Source of the DNA: an uncultured delta proteobacterium
GTDB taxonomy: Bacteria; Desulfobacterota; Desulfobacteria; Desulfobacterales; JAFDCJ01
DNA length: 64,000 nt
Direction of reading: 5' to 3'
NCBI GenBank assembly: GCA_963769935.1
Contig: CAVYNY010000038.1
Location: forward strand, 58,448 to 122,447
This document shows, piece by piece, positions 10,105-18,624 of this stretch. The notes below the pieces were generated by a model. It was not told the origin of the DNA. It made no database searches and saw nothing but the letters and a program-made list of their open reading frames with translations. The translations under genes and the position numbers were made by a program. Position 1 is the stretch's first letter; the number at the start of each line of letters is the position of its first letter.

Positions 10105-10926
10105 CTATTCGGGTGCGGCCTCATTGTAAATTAAAAATCGGGAGCCCTTGGCGCGCGCCACCAGGGTAATTCCCAGGTCCTGTGACAATTCCAGGGCCAT
10201 GCTGGTCGCACCGGATTTGGAGAGCAGTATGGGGATTCTCATGATGGCGGCTTTAATGACGATTTCAGAAGTGATGCGCCCGGTTGTATATAAAATTTTA
10301 TCACTGCCGGATATCTCCTCGATCAGCATTTTGCCGGAGATGACGTCAGCTGCATTATGCCGCCCGATATCTTCAATGTATATTAGAACGTCGCTTTGCC
10401 TGCAAAGCGCACACCCGTGAACGGATCCGGCCTTTCGATAAATCTCATTGTAACTATGAAGCTTTTTCAGTAAAGCAAAAACCGTTGACCGGTGAACTCG
10501 TCCTCCATTCAGGCGCGATTCATATATTTTATCCAATAGGCAATTGAATAAATTGCCTTGGCCGCATCCGCTGGTTACAATCCTGCCAAAGGCGGTCTGT
10601 CTCTCGTTAGGCAAGGGTTTATTCGAAGGCGTCGAGACGCTGACAACTTCATTTTCCCAGTCCACCGTTATGGAATCGATTTCACCTATATCGTTTATCA
10701 GGAGCTGATTCCGTAAAAATCCGACCGCCAATTCCTTGGGATGCGTTCCGATCGTCATCAGTGTTGCGAGATCGCTGTGATTTAACCGGATGGTCAAGGG
10801 GTTTTCGACCGGGACAAGCGTCGTGCAGGGATTTCCATCCTGATCTTTTGCTGCTGCCTGATGAACCTGCTTAAATTCCCCTGGAATCAATCCCGAACTT
10901 TGGTTTTTTTTCTCATGCCGGCTCAT
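10105..10926 (-). CDS. fdhD: FdhD/NarQ-family Moco sulfurtransferase
   Basis: ELAVGFL, TSGCGQG, GSVHGCAL, EDIGRHNA, TTGRITSEIV; ATG at 10926 overlaps the hcrA end. Confidence 0.9.
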   Translation of the reverse strand: MSRHEKKNQSSGLIPGEFKQVHQAAAKDQDGNPCTTLVPVENPLTIRLNHSDLATLMTIGTHPKELAVGFLRNQLLINDIGEIDSITVDWENEVVSVSTPSNKPLPNERQTAFGRIVTSGCGQGNLFNCLLDKIYESRLNGGRVHRSTVFALLKKLHSYNEIYRKAGSVHGCALCRQSDVLIYIEDIGRHNAADVISGKMLIEEISGSDKILYTTGRITSEIVIKAAIMRIPILLSKSGATSMALELSQDLGITLVARAKGSRFLIYNEAAPE

Positions 10927-13210
10927 GCTCTTTTCGCTTCTCTTCCAAGGCGGCCAGAACCTTCTCGGGTGTAATCGGCAGTTCCATGAAGTCAACGCCG
11001 ATGGCGTCGTAGATGGCATTGACGATGGCGGGCGCCGGCGACAGCTGGGTGCCCTCCCCGGCTTCTTTGGCGCCGAAGGGTCCGATCGGATCGTCGGTCA
11101 CCACCTCGATGGCCTCGATCTGCGGCATTTCGAGAAAGGTCGGAAAGCCGTAGTCGAGAAATGACGGATTCATCACCTGGCCCTTTTCGACAATGACATC
11201 TTCATACAAGGCCTGTCCCATGCCGCCCACAACCGATCCTTCCAGCTGACCCTCCACCAGCATTGGATTGATCGGACGGCCGCAGTCATGGGCCGTCACC
11301 ATCTTCAACAGCCTGACCCTGCCGGTCTGAAGGTCGACTTCCACCTCCGCGGCCTGGGTCATGAAGGAATAATTGGGCGCAAAATTGCCGCTTTCTTTAA
11401 ACAGGGTGGTCGGCTCGGAGGCGGGTGCCATCCAGGATCCCCGGCCCACAATGGGCATGGGAAGATCCGCGTATTGATAGCCCTTGAGAGCTTCGAGCAG
11501 CGTCAAGCCCTTTTCCGGCGATCCTTTAACATAAATTTTGCGGTCCCTGGCCTCCAGATCGGCCGGATTGGCTTCCAGTTTATCGGCCACGAATTCGAAT
11601 ATCTTGTTTTTGACGGCAATTGCTGCCAACCGCGCGGCATTGCCGGCCCTGACCGTCACCCCGCTGCCGAAGGTGCCGGGATCCAGCGGGGTAATCCCGG
11701 TGTCGGCCGCCGTTATCCGAATGTCTTCGATCGGCACGCCGAGTTCTTCGGCCACAATCTGGCTGATCACGGTTTCGGCGCCCTGCCCGATGTCGGCGGC
11801 ACCCGACAGTACATTGACGGCCCCGTCCCGGCCCACCTGAACCACCGCGCCGGAGCTGATATGACTCATATTGCTGACGCCGCTGGGAAAAGAGGCCCCG
11901 GCCAGACCGACACCCCTGCCGAATGGCAGCTTACCGCGTTTATCCTGCCACCCGATGGCAGCGGCGGCTTTGCCGACCGATTCGGCAAATCCGCAGGTAT
12001 TGATCACAAAACCGCCCGGATGGGGCTCACCGGCATGAATACTGTTTTTGATGCGGATCTCGGCCGGATCGACGCCGATACGGTCCGCGATCATGTCCAG
12101 CTGCCGTTCCACCGCAAAACGGGCTTGCGGAATGCCGTGGCCCCGCATGGCGCCGCCCACGGGTTTATTGGTATAAATATGCGAGCCTTCATAGTAGAGA
12201 TTCGGTACGCGATAGGGAATCATGAGGAAAAAACATGACAGGGCCATCATCGTCGGGGCGGTGCTGTTGTAAGCCCCGCCGTCCGCAAAAGCCTTATAGT
12301 CCTGTGCCAGAATCGTCCCATCCTTTTTCACGCCGGTCTTAACGGTAATATACATCGGATGCCTCTGCCGGGTGGCGATAAAGACTTCTTCACGCTCGTA
12401 CAGAAACTTAACCGGCCGGCCCAGGTGCATCGCAAACCAGGCCGCACAGAAATCCTTGGCAAACATATCAATCTTCTGACCGAAACCGCCGCCGACCTTG
12501 GGTTTGATGACGCGCACCTTGCTTTCCGGTATTTGAAGGGTATTCGATAAGTTCCTTCTGAGAAAAAACGGTATCTGGGTCGACGACCAGACCGTGAGTT
12601 CGCCGTTGAGCGGGTCAAATTGCGCCAGGGCCGCATGGGGTTCCAGCGGGGCATGATTCACCGGCTGGGAGTAAAAGGTGTCCTCAAAAACGGCATCACA
12701 TTCAGCAAACGCCTTGGCGACGTCGCCGAATTCCTTTTTGATGAAAAAAGAAGTATTGTTCTTGATCCCGTCATGGATCACGGGCGCACCATCTTTTTTG
12801 GCCTCCAGGGGATCGAATACGGCCGGCAGTTCTTCATAGTCCACCACGATTAGGCTCAGGGCCTCCTCGGCGATCTCGGGATCAACGGCACACACGGCCG
12901 CGACGTCGTCGCCGATATAGCGCACCTTGTCTTTGGCCAGCGCGTATTCATCCTTGGCCATGGGGACAATGCCGTACTTGCGGTCGGGTATTTCCCTGCC
13001 GGTCACGATCCCCTTGACGCCGGTCAGTTTCGCGGCCCTGGAAGTGTCGATACTGATAATTCTGGCATGCGCCACGGGGCTTCGCAATATCCTCCCGAAG
13101 AGCATTCCCGGCAGAACAAGATCATCGGTGAAAAGGGCGGCCCCTTTGACTTTCTGGGCTGCATCCAACATGGGCACGCGGGTTCCTACAACGTTAAATT
13201 CTTTTTCCAT
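10913..13210 (-). CDS. hcrA: 4-hydroxybenzoyl-CoA reductase-like alpha (Mo) subunit
   Basis: VGGGFG, GAMRGHG, ADIGQG, GAKEAGE; in an operon with an HcrB-type FAD subunit. Confidence 0.8.
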   Translation of the reverse strand: MEKEFNVVGTRVPMLDAAQKVKGAALFTDDLVLPGMLFGRILRSPVAHARIISIDTSRAAKLTGVKGIVTGREIPDRKYGIVPMAKDEYALAKDKVRYIGDDVAAVCAVDPEIAEEALSLIVVDYEELPAVFDPLEAKKDGAPVIHDGIKNNTSFFIKKEFGDVAKAFAECDAVFEDTFYSQPVNHAPLEPHAALAQFDPLNGELTVWSSTQIPFFLRRNLSNTLQIPESKVRVIKPKVGGGFGQKIDMFAKDFCAAWFAMHLGRPVKFLYEREEVFIATRQRHPMYITVKTGVKKDGTILAQDYKAFADGGAYNSTAPTMMALSCFFLMIPYRVPNLYYEGSHIYTNKPVGGAMRGHGIPQARFAVERQLDMIADRIGVDPAEIRIKNSIHAGEPHPGGFVINTCGFAESVGKAAAAIGWQDKRGKLPFGRGVGLAGASFPSGVSNMSHISSGAVVQVGRDGAVNVLSGAADIGQGAETVISQIVAEELGVPIEDIRITAADTGITPLDPGTFGSGVTVRAGNAARLAAIAVKNKIFEFVADKLEANPADLEARDRKIYVKGSPEKGLTLLEALKGYQYADLPMPIVGRGSWMAPASEPTTLFKESGNFAPNYSFMTQAAEVEVDLQTGRVRLLKMVTAHDCGRPINPMLVEGQLEGSVVGGMGQALYEDVIVEKGQVMNPSFLDYGFPTFLEMPQIEAIEVVTDDPIGPFGAKEAGEGTQLSPAPAIVNAIYDAIGVDFMELPITPEKVLAALEEKRKEHEPA

Positions 13211-13297
13211 CTGAGGCTCCTAGTACGTCCTACAAGGTCATGCTTGCAGGAAATTTAGTCATTGGCGCAGCGAATGTGCTGTAAAGTCGTATGGTTG

Positions 13298-13660
13298 AGT
13301 TTCAGGTGTCAGGTGTCAGCGTCCCTGCAAGTTGCCGAAACGGCAAAGTTAAAAGAAGAAAAGACTTTTTCACTACCCAAAAAATTTATAATATTTTCCA
13401 ATTGCTGAAGCCTTATATGAAACTACACTATAAAAGTTTCTTTCTCGATCAGACTGGACGCTGGCGGCCAGAGGCGGTGCTCGTATGAAACTTTGTTTAT
13501 TCTGACTGCTGACGTAGGGGGGGCCTCCGTGCCCGCCGGAATGGTTCGGCGCGGAGGCCGACCCTACGTTCGTACATGGTCGGAGTTTCTTTTTCGATCA
13601 AACTAGCCAATTCGACGATCTGCGGCTTGGCTGAAACCTGACAGCTGACACCTGGAACTT
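13298..13660. repeat. Nested inverted repeats and GTAG-type REP doublet inside the hcrC-hcrA spacer
   Basis: tttcaggtgtcaggtgtcagc (~13300) versus gctgaaacctgacagctgacacctg (~13630); gtagggggggcctccgtgccc...gcggaggccgaccctac (13513-13567). Confidence 0.7.
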
Positions 13661-13714
13661 CTAAAAAATCCGATCACTCGGCAACATCTCCCCAAACCTT
13701 TCGATATGTCGCCG

Positions 13715-14194
13715 CTAAGCATCCGGCGTGCTTTGCTCGGCGACACTCATCACGGCTTCTAAAATTTTCTTGTACCCGGTGCAGCGGCAGAGATTGCCGG
13801 CCATCTTTTTCTTGACCACCTCCTCGGTGGGATGCTCGTCTTCGTTTAAAATGGCCTCGGCCGTCAATATCATCCCCGGTGTGCAGAAACCGCATTGCAG
13901 TCCACCATGGTCGATGAAGGCTTTTTGCAGTGGATGCAGATCACCGCCGGCGGCTAAACCTTCAATGGTGATAATTTCTTTCCCCGCCGCATCGACAGCC
14001 AGCATCAAACAGGACAAATAGGCCTCGCCGTCGATCAGGACCGTGCAGGCGCCGCAGGCTCCCAGATCACATCCCCGTTTGGTTCCCATTAAGCCTAACT
14101 TTTCCCGCAGCACCTCCAGCAGGGTGTGGTTGGGAGCAACCAATAATTCATACGTATCGCCATTGACATTGAGTTCTATTGCCCGCTTCATCAT
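13715..14194 (-). CDS. hcrC: 4-hydroxybenzoyl-CoA reductase-like gamma ([2Fe-2S]) subunit
   Basis: GTKRGCDLGACGACTV, QCGFCTPG, GNLCRCTGY. Confidence 0.85.
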   Translation of the reverse strand: MMKRAIELNVNGDTYELLVAPNHTLLEVLREKLGLMGTKRGCDLGACGACTVLIDGEAYLSCLMLAVDAAGKEIITIEGLAAGGDLHPLQKAFIDHGGLQCGFCTPGMILTAEAILNEDEHPTEEVVKKKMAGNLCRCTGYKKILEAVMSVAEQSTPDA

Positions 14195-14279
14195 TTTTGC
14201 CTCCGCAGAGCCTTATTCGTGGTTTTTTTCAATCTAAAAGACAGAATTCTGTAAATATTCAATCTTCAATATTCAATAT

Positions 14280-15251
14280 TCATTTCAAATCCCGGCTTTT
14301 CTCGGCAGCGCCGCGCAGCAGCAATCCCATCATCTTGCGTTTATGGGACGGGGAATAGAGCGAAGTTTTCACCGGACTGGCCTCCTTGGCGGCAAGGTCG
14401 CAGGCGGCCCTGATGTTCTCGTCGGTGAGCTCCCGGCCCTGCAAAAATTCTTCGATGTTTTTGCCTCGCAAGGGCTTGCGATCAACGGCTGTAAAAGCGA
14501 CCCGGTATTCTTTTTCCTCCGCGGACGCCCAGAAAGCAGTACCCACAATCGGAAAATCAATGCTGTCGCGATTGGCAAATTTCATATAACTTAAAACCCC
14601 GTTGATTGACGCGCCGGGGATTACGATTTCGGTTAAAATCTCGGTACCTGCCAGGGTGAGGGGCGCCTTGCCGTTGCCGGTAAAAAGCTTCTGTAATGGT
14701 ATCTCCCGTTCACCGCCACTGCCGGCCAGTTTGACGCCGGCATTCAAGGCCAGAAGCGCCGGTGCCAGATCGCCGCAGTAGGTTGAATAGCAGATCTCTT
14801 TTTTGTTGACCACGTGGCAGATCTCGCCGCCCGCCTTAAAGCAGGTCGGCCGGGAACTTCGCCACCATTTGGATTGATTGAAGTACTTGCAGCGGTTCTG
14901 CTGGCAGATATTGCCGCCGACGGTTCCCATCACCTGGTGATGATAGGAACCGACGCAGGAAGCAGCCCGGGCTAAACCAGGCAGGTTGTCCGCAACCGGG
15001 CCGGTCATGTAGAGGCGTTTCAGGGGAGCCAGGGCGCCGACCCGCATATCTCCGTTATCCTGCCGTATGTAATTCAGATCGGCGATTCGTTTGATATTGA
15101 CGACAGCCGGCGGGCATTCAACGCGGTATTTCATGTTAACCAGCAGATCGGTTCCGCCGGCGAGGATTCTGGCATCCGGTTCATTTTGCAGAATAGACAC
15201 CGCCTCCCGGATGTTCTTGGGCTCAAAATATTCAAATTTAGGTAGTCTCAC
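14280..15251 (-). CDS. hcrB: 4-hydroxybenzoyl-CoA reductase-like beta subunit (FAD + [4Fe-4S] insert)
   Basis: AGGTDL plus the HcrB-type four-Cys insert RCKYFNQSKWWR...TCFK...ICHV...ICYSTYCGDLAPAL; GTG start. Confidence 0.85.
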   Translation of the reverse strand: MRLPKFEYFEPKNIREAVSILQNEPDARILAGGTDLLVNMKYRVECPPAVVNIKRIADLNYIRQDNGDMRVGALAPLKRLYMTGPVADNLPGLARAASCVGSYHHQVMGTVGGNICQQNRCKYFNQSKWWRSSRPTCFKAGGEICHVVNKKEICYSTYCGDLAPALLALNAGVKLAGSGGEREIPLQKLFTGNGKAPLTLAGTEILTEIVIPGASINGVLSYMKFANRDSIDFPIVGTAFWASAEEKEYRVAFTAVDRKPLRGKNIEEFLQGRELTDENIRAACDLAAKEASPVKTSLYSPSHKRKMMGLLLRGAAEKSRDLK

Positions 15252-15401
15252 AGCGGGCCCCCTTTTGGGATTGAATATTGAAGATTGAAGATTGATGGTA
15301 TGCTATCTTATTTTAAATGTATTAATCTAATTTATATGGTAATGCAAATTCAAAAGTTTGCTAAGTTGAATGCTGATGAAACTTTAAATGGCAGAAAATA
15401 A

Positions 15402-15418
15402 ATTTCATATCGTGAAAT
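15402..15418. promoter_or_regulatory. Candidate IclR operator between divergent hcrB and iclR
   Basis: Palindrome ATTTCA-tatcg-TGAAAT; a related TTCA-taata-TGAA overlaps the iclR start codon (~15717-15729). Confidence 0.5.
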
Positions 15419-15574
15419 ATAGTTTCAAGATACCTGTCTCTATTATGATCCCGATCTTATTGTCAACAATTAAATTCTTATAAGAGTTCAGGGTTCAAAC
15501 GTTAAAATGTGAAATTATTTTTGAGTGAGCCCTAAGTAGGGGCGGGCTTTACGCCCGACCGGATTAGGTGCCGT

Positions 15575-15656
15575 CAACCGAACTCTCTGAACCCTTGAAC
15601 CTCTGAACGTTTGAACCCTGAACCCTGAAACTCTGAACCCTGTAACTCTGAACCTG
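15575..15656 (+). repeat. Short-period (7-9 bp) tandem repeat ctgaacc(c)
   Basis: Directly visible; the same motif recurs at ~30590-30620 (inverted) and ~30795-30835. Confidence 0.7.
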
Positions 15657-15724
15657 CCATTTTCTTCTTGACCTTAAAATAAAACATGATATAGGTTCCA
15701 CATATTAAACTAGAGATTCATAAT

Positions 15725-16516
15725 ATGAAACTATCGGCTGCGGAAAATTCAATCTACCGGGTCCAGGCCCTGGAGCGAGCGCTGGACATTCTGGACTGTT
15801 TCAATTTCCAGAACAGGGAACTAAGCCTGGCCGATGTGGTATGCCGCACCGGACTCAACAAGACCACCGCCAAGCGGCTGATTTCGAATCTGACAACGCG
15901 CGGTTATTTGCAGCAGGACCCCCAAACCAGAAAGTATCAGCTCGGCATGCGTCTGTTTGAGCTGGGCGGCGTTGTTTTTTCATCCTTTTCCCTGCGCCGG
16001 TCAGCCGCCTCTCCCATGACCGGCCTTCAGAATAAAACCGGTGCCACCGTGCTTCTGGGCGTCAGAATGGAGGATCAGCTGGTTTATGTCGACAAACGCG
16101 AGGGCGACGGTATGATCCGTATTTCATCGGATGTCGGCTGGCGCCGGCCGTTGCACTACGGCATGCTGGGCATGGTGCTGATGGCCAGTCTCGAATCAAA
16201 GGAAGTTGATCGGATCCTGAAAAAATATCCCCTTGAAGCCCACACCCCCTTCTCGATTACCGATATCGATGCATTCAGCCTGCGGTTGGAAGAAATTCGC
16301 GTTCAGGGGTATGCCGTTGAGAAAGAAGAAGCCGTTGAAGGTCTGGTTGGTATTGCCGCCCCCATAAAGAATTACAGCCGTCAGGTCGTGGCGGCGCTCG
16401 GCCTGGCGTTGCCCCTCGGCCGGCGCAATCTGAATGAAGATTTGGCTGGAATTGTGAAATCGGTGAAATATACTTGCGATTTGATTTCATCCGAATTGGG
16501 TTATTTGAAGATATAG
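15725..16516 (+). CDS. IclR family transcriptional regulator
   Basis: ALERALDIL HTH start, YQLGMRLFELG, RVQGYAVEKEE..GLVGIAAPI. Confidence 0.95.
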   Translation: MKLSAAENSIYRVQALERALDILDCFNFQNRELSLADVVCRTGLNKTTAKRLISNLTTRGYLQQDPQTRKYQLGMRLFELGGVVFSSFSLRRSAASPMTGLQNKTGATVLLGVRMEDQLVYVDKREGDGMIRISSDVGWRRPLHYGMLGMVLMASLESKEVDRILKKYPLEAHTPFSITDIDAFSLRLEEIRVQGYAVEKEEAVEGLVGIAAPIKNYSRQVVAALGLALPLGRRNLNEDLAGIVKSVKYTCDLISSELGYLKI

Positions 16517-16526
16517 AGGTTTAAAT

Positions 16527-18134
16527 ATGAAAATCTACGAATCTTTATCACTGGGACAAGTCCTGGAAAGAGGTGCCGCTCAAGCGCCTGATAAAGTCGC
16601 CGTGGTGGATGGCATTCAACGGAAGACTTACCGCGAATTGAACGCCATGGTCAACGCGCTGGCCGTCAGTCTGTCTGAAATCGGATTAAAAAAAGGAGAT
16701 CGAATCGCCCTTCATATGCCCAATTCCATAGAGTTGCTGACCGCCTTTTATGCCCTGCAAAAATTAGGCGCCGTCGTCGCCTGGGCCAATCCCATTTATC
16801 GCCGGAACGAGGCTCAGTTCATACTTAAAAATTCAGAGGCCCGAGGGGTGTTTATTTTCAGCAATTGGGATGGCAGAAATTATCATGATGACATTCTGAA
16901 TCTGAAAGACGAGCTGCCGGACCTGGAGTTCGTTTTCGCCGTCGGCAGCAATCAGGGCCAGGGCGTGTATTCCTTCTCTGATTTAGTCGGCAAGGGGATG
17001 GAGAAAACTTTTTCTGCTGAGCCTGTCGACCCTTTAACCGATCTGGCCATGCTGCTTTATACCTCCGGAACCACCGGCCGTCCCAAGGGGGCGATGATCA
17101 CCCATTATGCTGCGGTCAGGGCGGCCTGGGAATACTCCTTAGGTGTTGAGGCTTCTTCAGAAGACATTTTTATCGGCTTTTTGCCCATGAGCCATTCCTA
17201 CGGCTGCGGATCGATTCTGATTCAGCCCCTGCTGCTTCAGGCGACCGTGGTATTGATGGACAAATTCGAGGTGGAGAAAGCCTTTCAACTCATCGAGCAG
17301 GAAAAGATTACCCTGCAATTGGGCGCACCACCTCACTATATCCTGGAGTTAAGCCACAAAAGTCGACCCGCTTTTGACCTCAGTTCCGTGCGCGCCGGGA
17401 TGATTGCCGGCATGATCGCACCCGAGGGCCTGATAACGCGGGTCGATAAAGAGATGGGGATATATTTGACCTCTTTCTGGGGGGCTTCCGAAGTCGGGCC
17501 GGGACTGGGAACCATGTGCCCCTACCCTTCCCCGCTGGATATCCGGGAAAAATACATCGGCCAACCGGTGGCCGGCACTCAAATGCGAATTGTCGATCCC
17601 GTCACCCATGAAGAGCTGCCCGACGGGGAGATTGGAGAGCTGACCCTCAAAGGCTGGCATGTCATGCAGGGCTATTGGAAAAATCCGGCGGAAACCCAAA
17701 GACAGATTATCGATGGATGGCTTCACATGGGAGATCTGGCATCCAAAGAAGCAAACGGCTACCTGAAAATTTACGGGCGCACCAAGGACCTGATCAACCG
17801 CGGCGGCTATAAAATTTATCCCTATGAACTGGAATGCCTGCTGGTCGAACATCCCAAAGTCGAACAAGTCTGCATCGTCGCAACGCCGAATCCGGTTCTG
17901 GGCGAATCCATCTGCGCTTGTGTAGTCCCCAAACCGGGTCAAACAGTTACTCTGGCAGAAGTCAGGGAGTTACTGCAGGATCGGGTTGCCCCGCATAAAC
18001 TGCCCGACGAACTTTGTGTCATGGAAGATTTCCCGAAGTTATCCGGCGGTATAAAAATTAAAAAATTCGGCCAGGGCGGCCTGGCGGAGTTGGCCGATAA
18101 GGACGAATCCAGGCAAAAAATTCGAAAGAAATAA
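16527..18134 (+). CDS. Acyl/aryl-CoA ligase (AMP-binding, ANL family)
   Basis: YTSGTTGRPKG, WGASE, GWLHMGD, GRTKDLINRGG. Confidence 0.95.
   Translation: MKIYESLSLGQVLERGAAQAPDKVAVVDGIQRKTYRELNAMVNALAVSLSEIGLKKGDRIALHMPNSIELLTAFYALQKLGAVVAWANPIYRRNEAQFILKNSEARGVFIFSNWDGRNYHDDILNLKDELPDLEFVFAVGSNQGQGVYSFSDLVGKGMEKTFSAEPVDPLTDLAMLLYTSGTTGRPKGAMITHYAAVRAAWEYSLGVEASSEDIFIGFLPMSHSYGCGSILIQPLLLQATVVLMDKFEVEKAFQLIEQEKITLQLGAPPHYILELSHKSRPAFDLSSVRAGMIAGMIAPEGLITRVDKEMGIYLTSFWGASEVGPGLGTMCPYPSPLDIREKYIGQPVAGTQMRIVDPVTHEELPDGEIGELTLKGWHVMQGYWKNPAETQRQIIDGWLHMGDLASKEANGYLKIYGRTKDLINRGGYKIYPYELECLLVEHPKVEQVCIVATPNPVLGESICACVVPKPGQTVTLAEVRELLQDRVAPHKLPDELCVMEDFPKLSGGIKIKKFGQGGLAELADKDESRQKIRKK
17638..18126 (+). 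repeat. Direct repeat copy 1 (489 bp, 3' end of the CoA ligase)
   Basis: Matches 25124-25612 with two substitutions seen (~17951, ~18098). Confidence 0.95.
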
Positions 18135-18265
18135 AATCCAAGAAGTTATGCTTTGCAATGACCGAAATTTAATCTTACATCTAAGAAAATCGAGACAGAA
18201 CTTGATCTGACAATATGCCTGAAAATGGTATGTTTACAGTACCTGTAATTTTGAGAGGCCCGATT

Positions 18266-18400
18266 TTATGCAGATACCCCAACTAATTCAAATTCTGCAT
18301 CCTCAGTAAACATTGTCAATACTTTATCTACGTCTTTTCGATTGACCGCGTCCTTAAAAGATTCAACCAGACTTTGGAGATTGATAGTTTCTGCCATCAT
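18266..18400 (-). pseudogene. Truncated SnoaL/NTF2-like protein (44 aa)
   Basis: GAGGAG RBS; MMAETINLQSLVESFKDAVNRKDVDKVLTMFTEDAEFELVG then a stop. Confidence 0.6.
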
Positions 18401-18469
18401 TCAGTCTCCTCTTTTTGAATATTAAGACGGCAATTTTTGACTTGAGTAACAGAGAATAAAGTAATATCC

Positions 18470-18498
18470 CCCAACCCCCGGCTCTGCCGGGGGTTGGG
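18470..18498. other. Perfect 13-bp hairpin; terminator or IS200/IS605-like end
   Basis: cccaacccccggc-tct-gccgggggttggg. Confidence 0.6.
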
Positions 18499-18624
18499 AG
18501 CTACCTAAAGTAAATTATTAATCGGAGCAGGTGAAGTTTGATGCTGAGTCGACTACACCGTACCCGTTGTATTTCGGCCATGTCGGATACTCGCACAGCC
18601 GCTGGGTGCGGCCCACATGGACGG

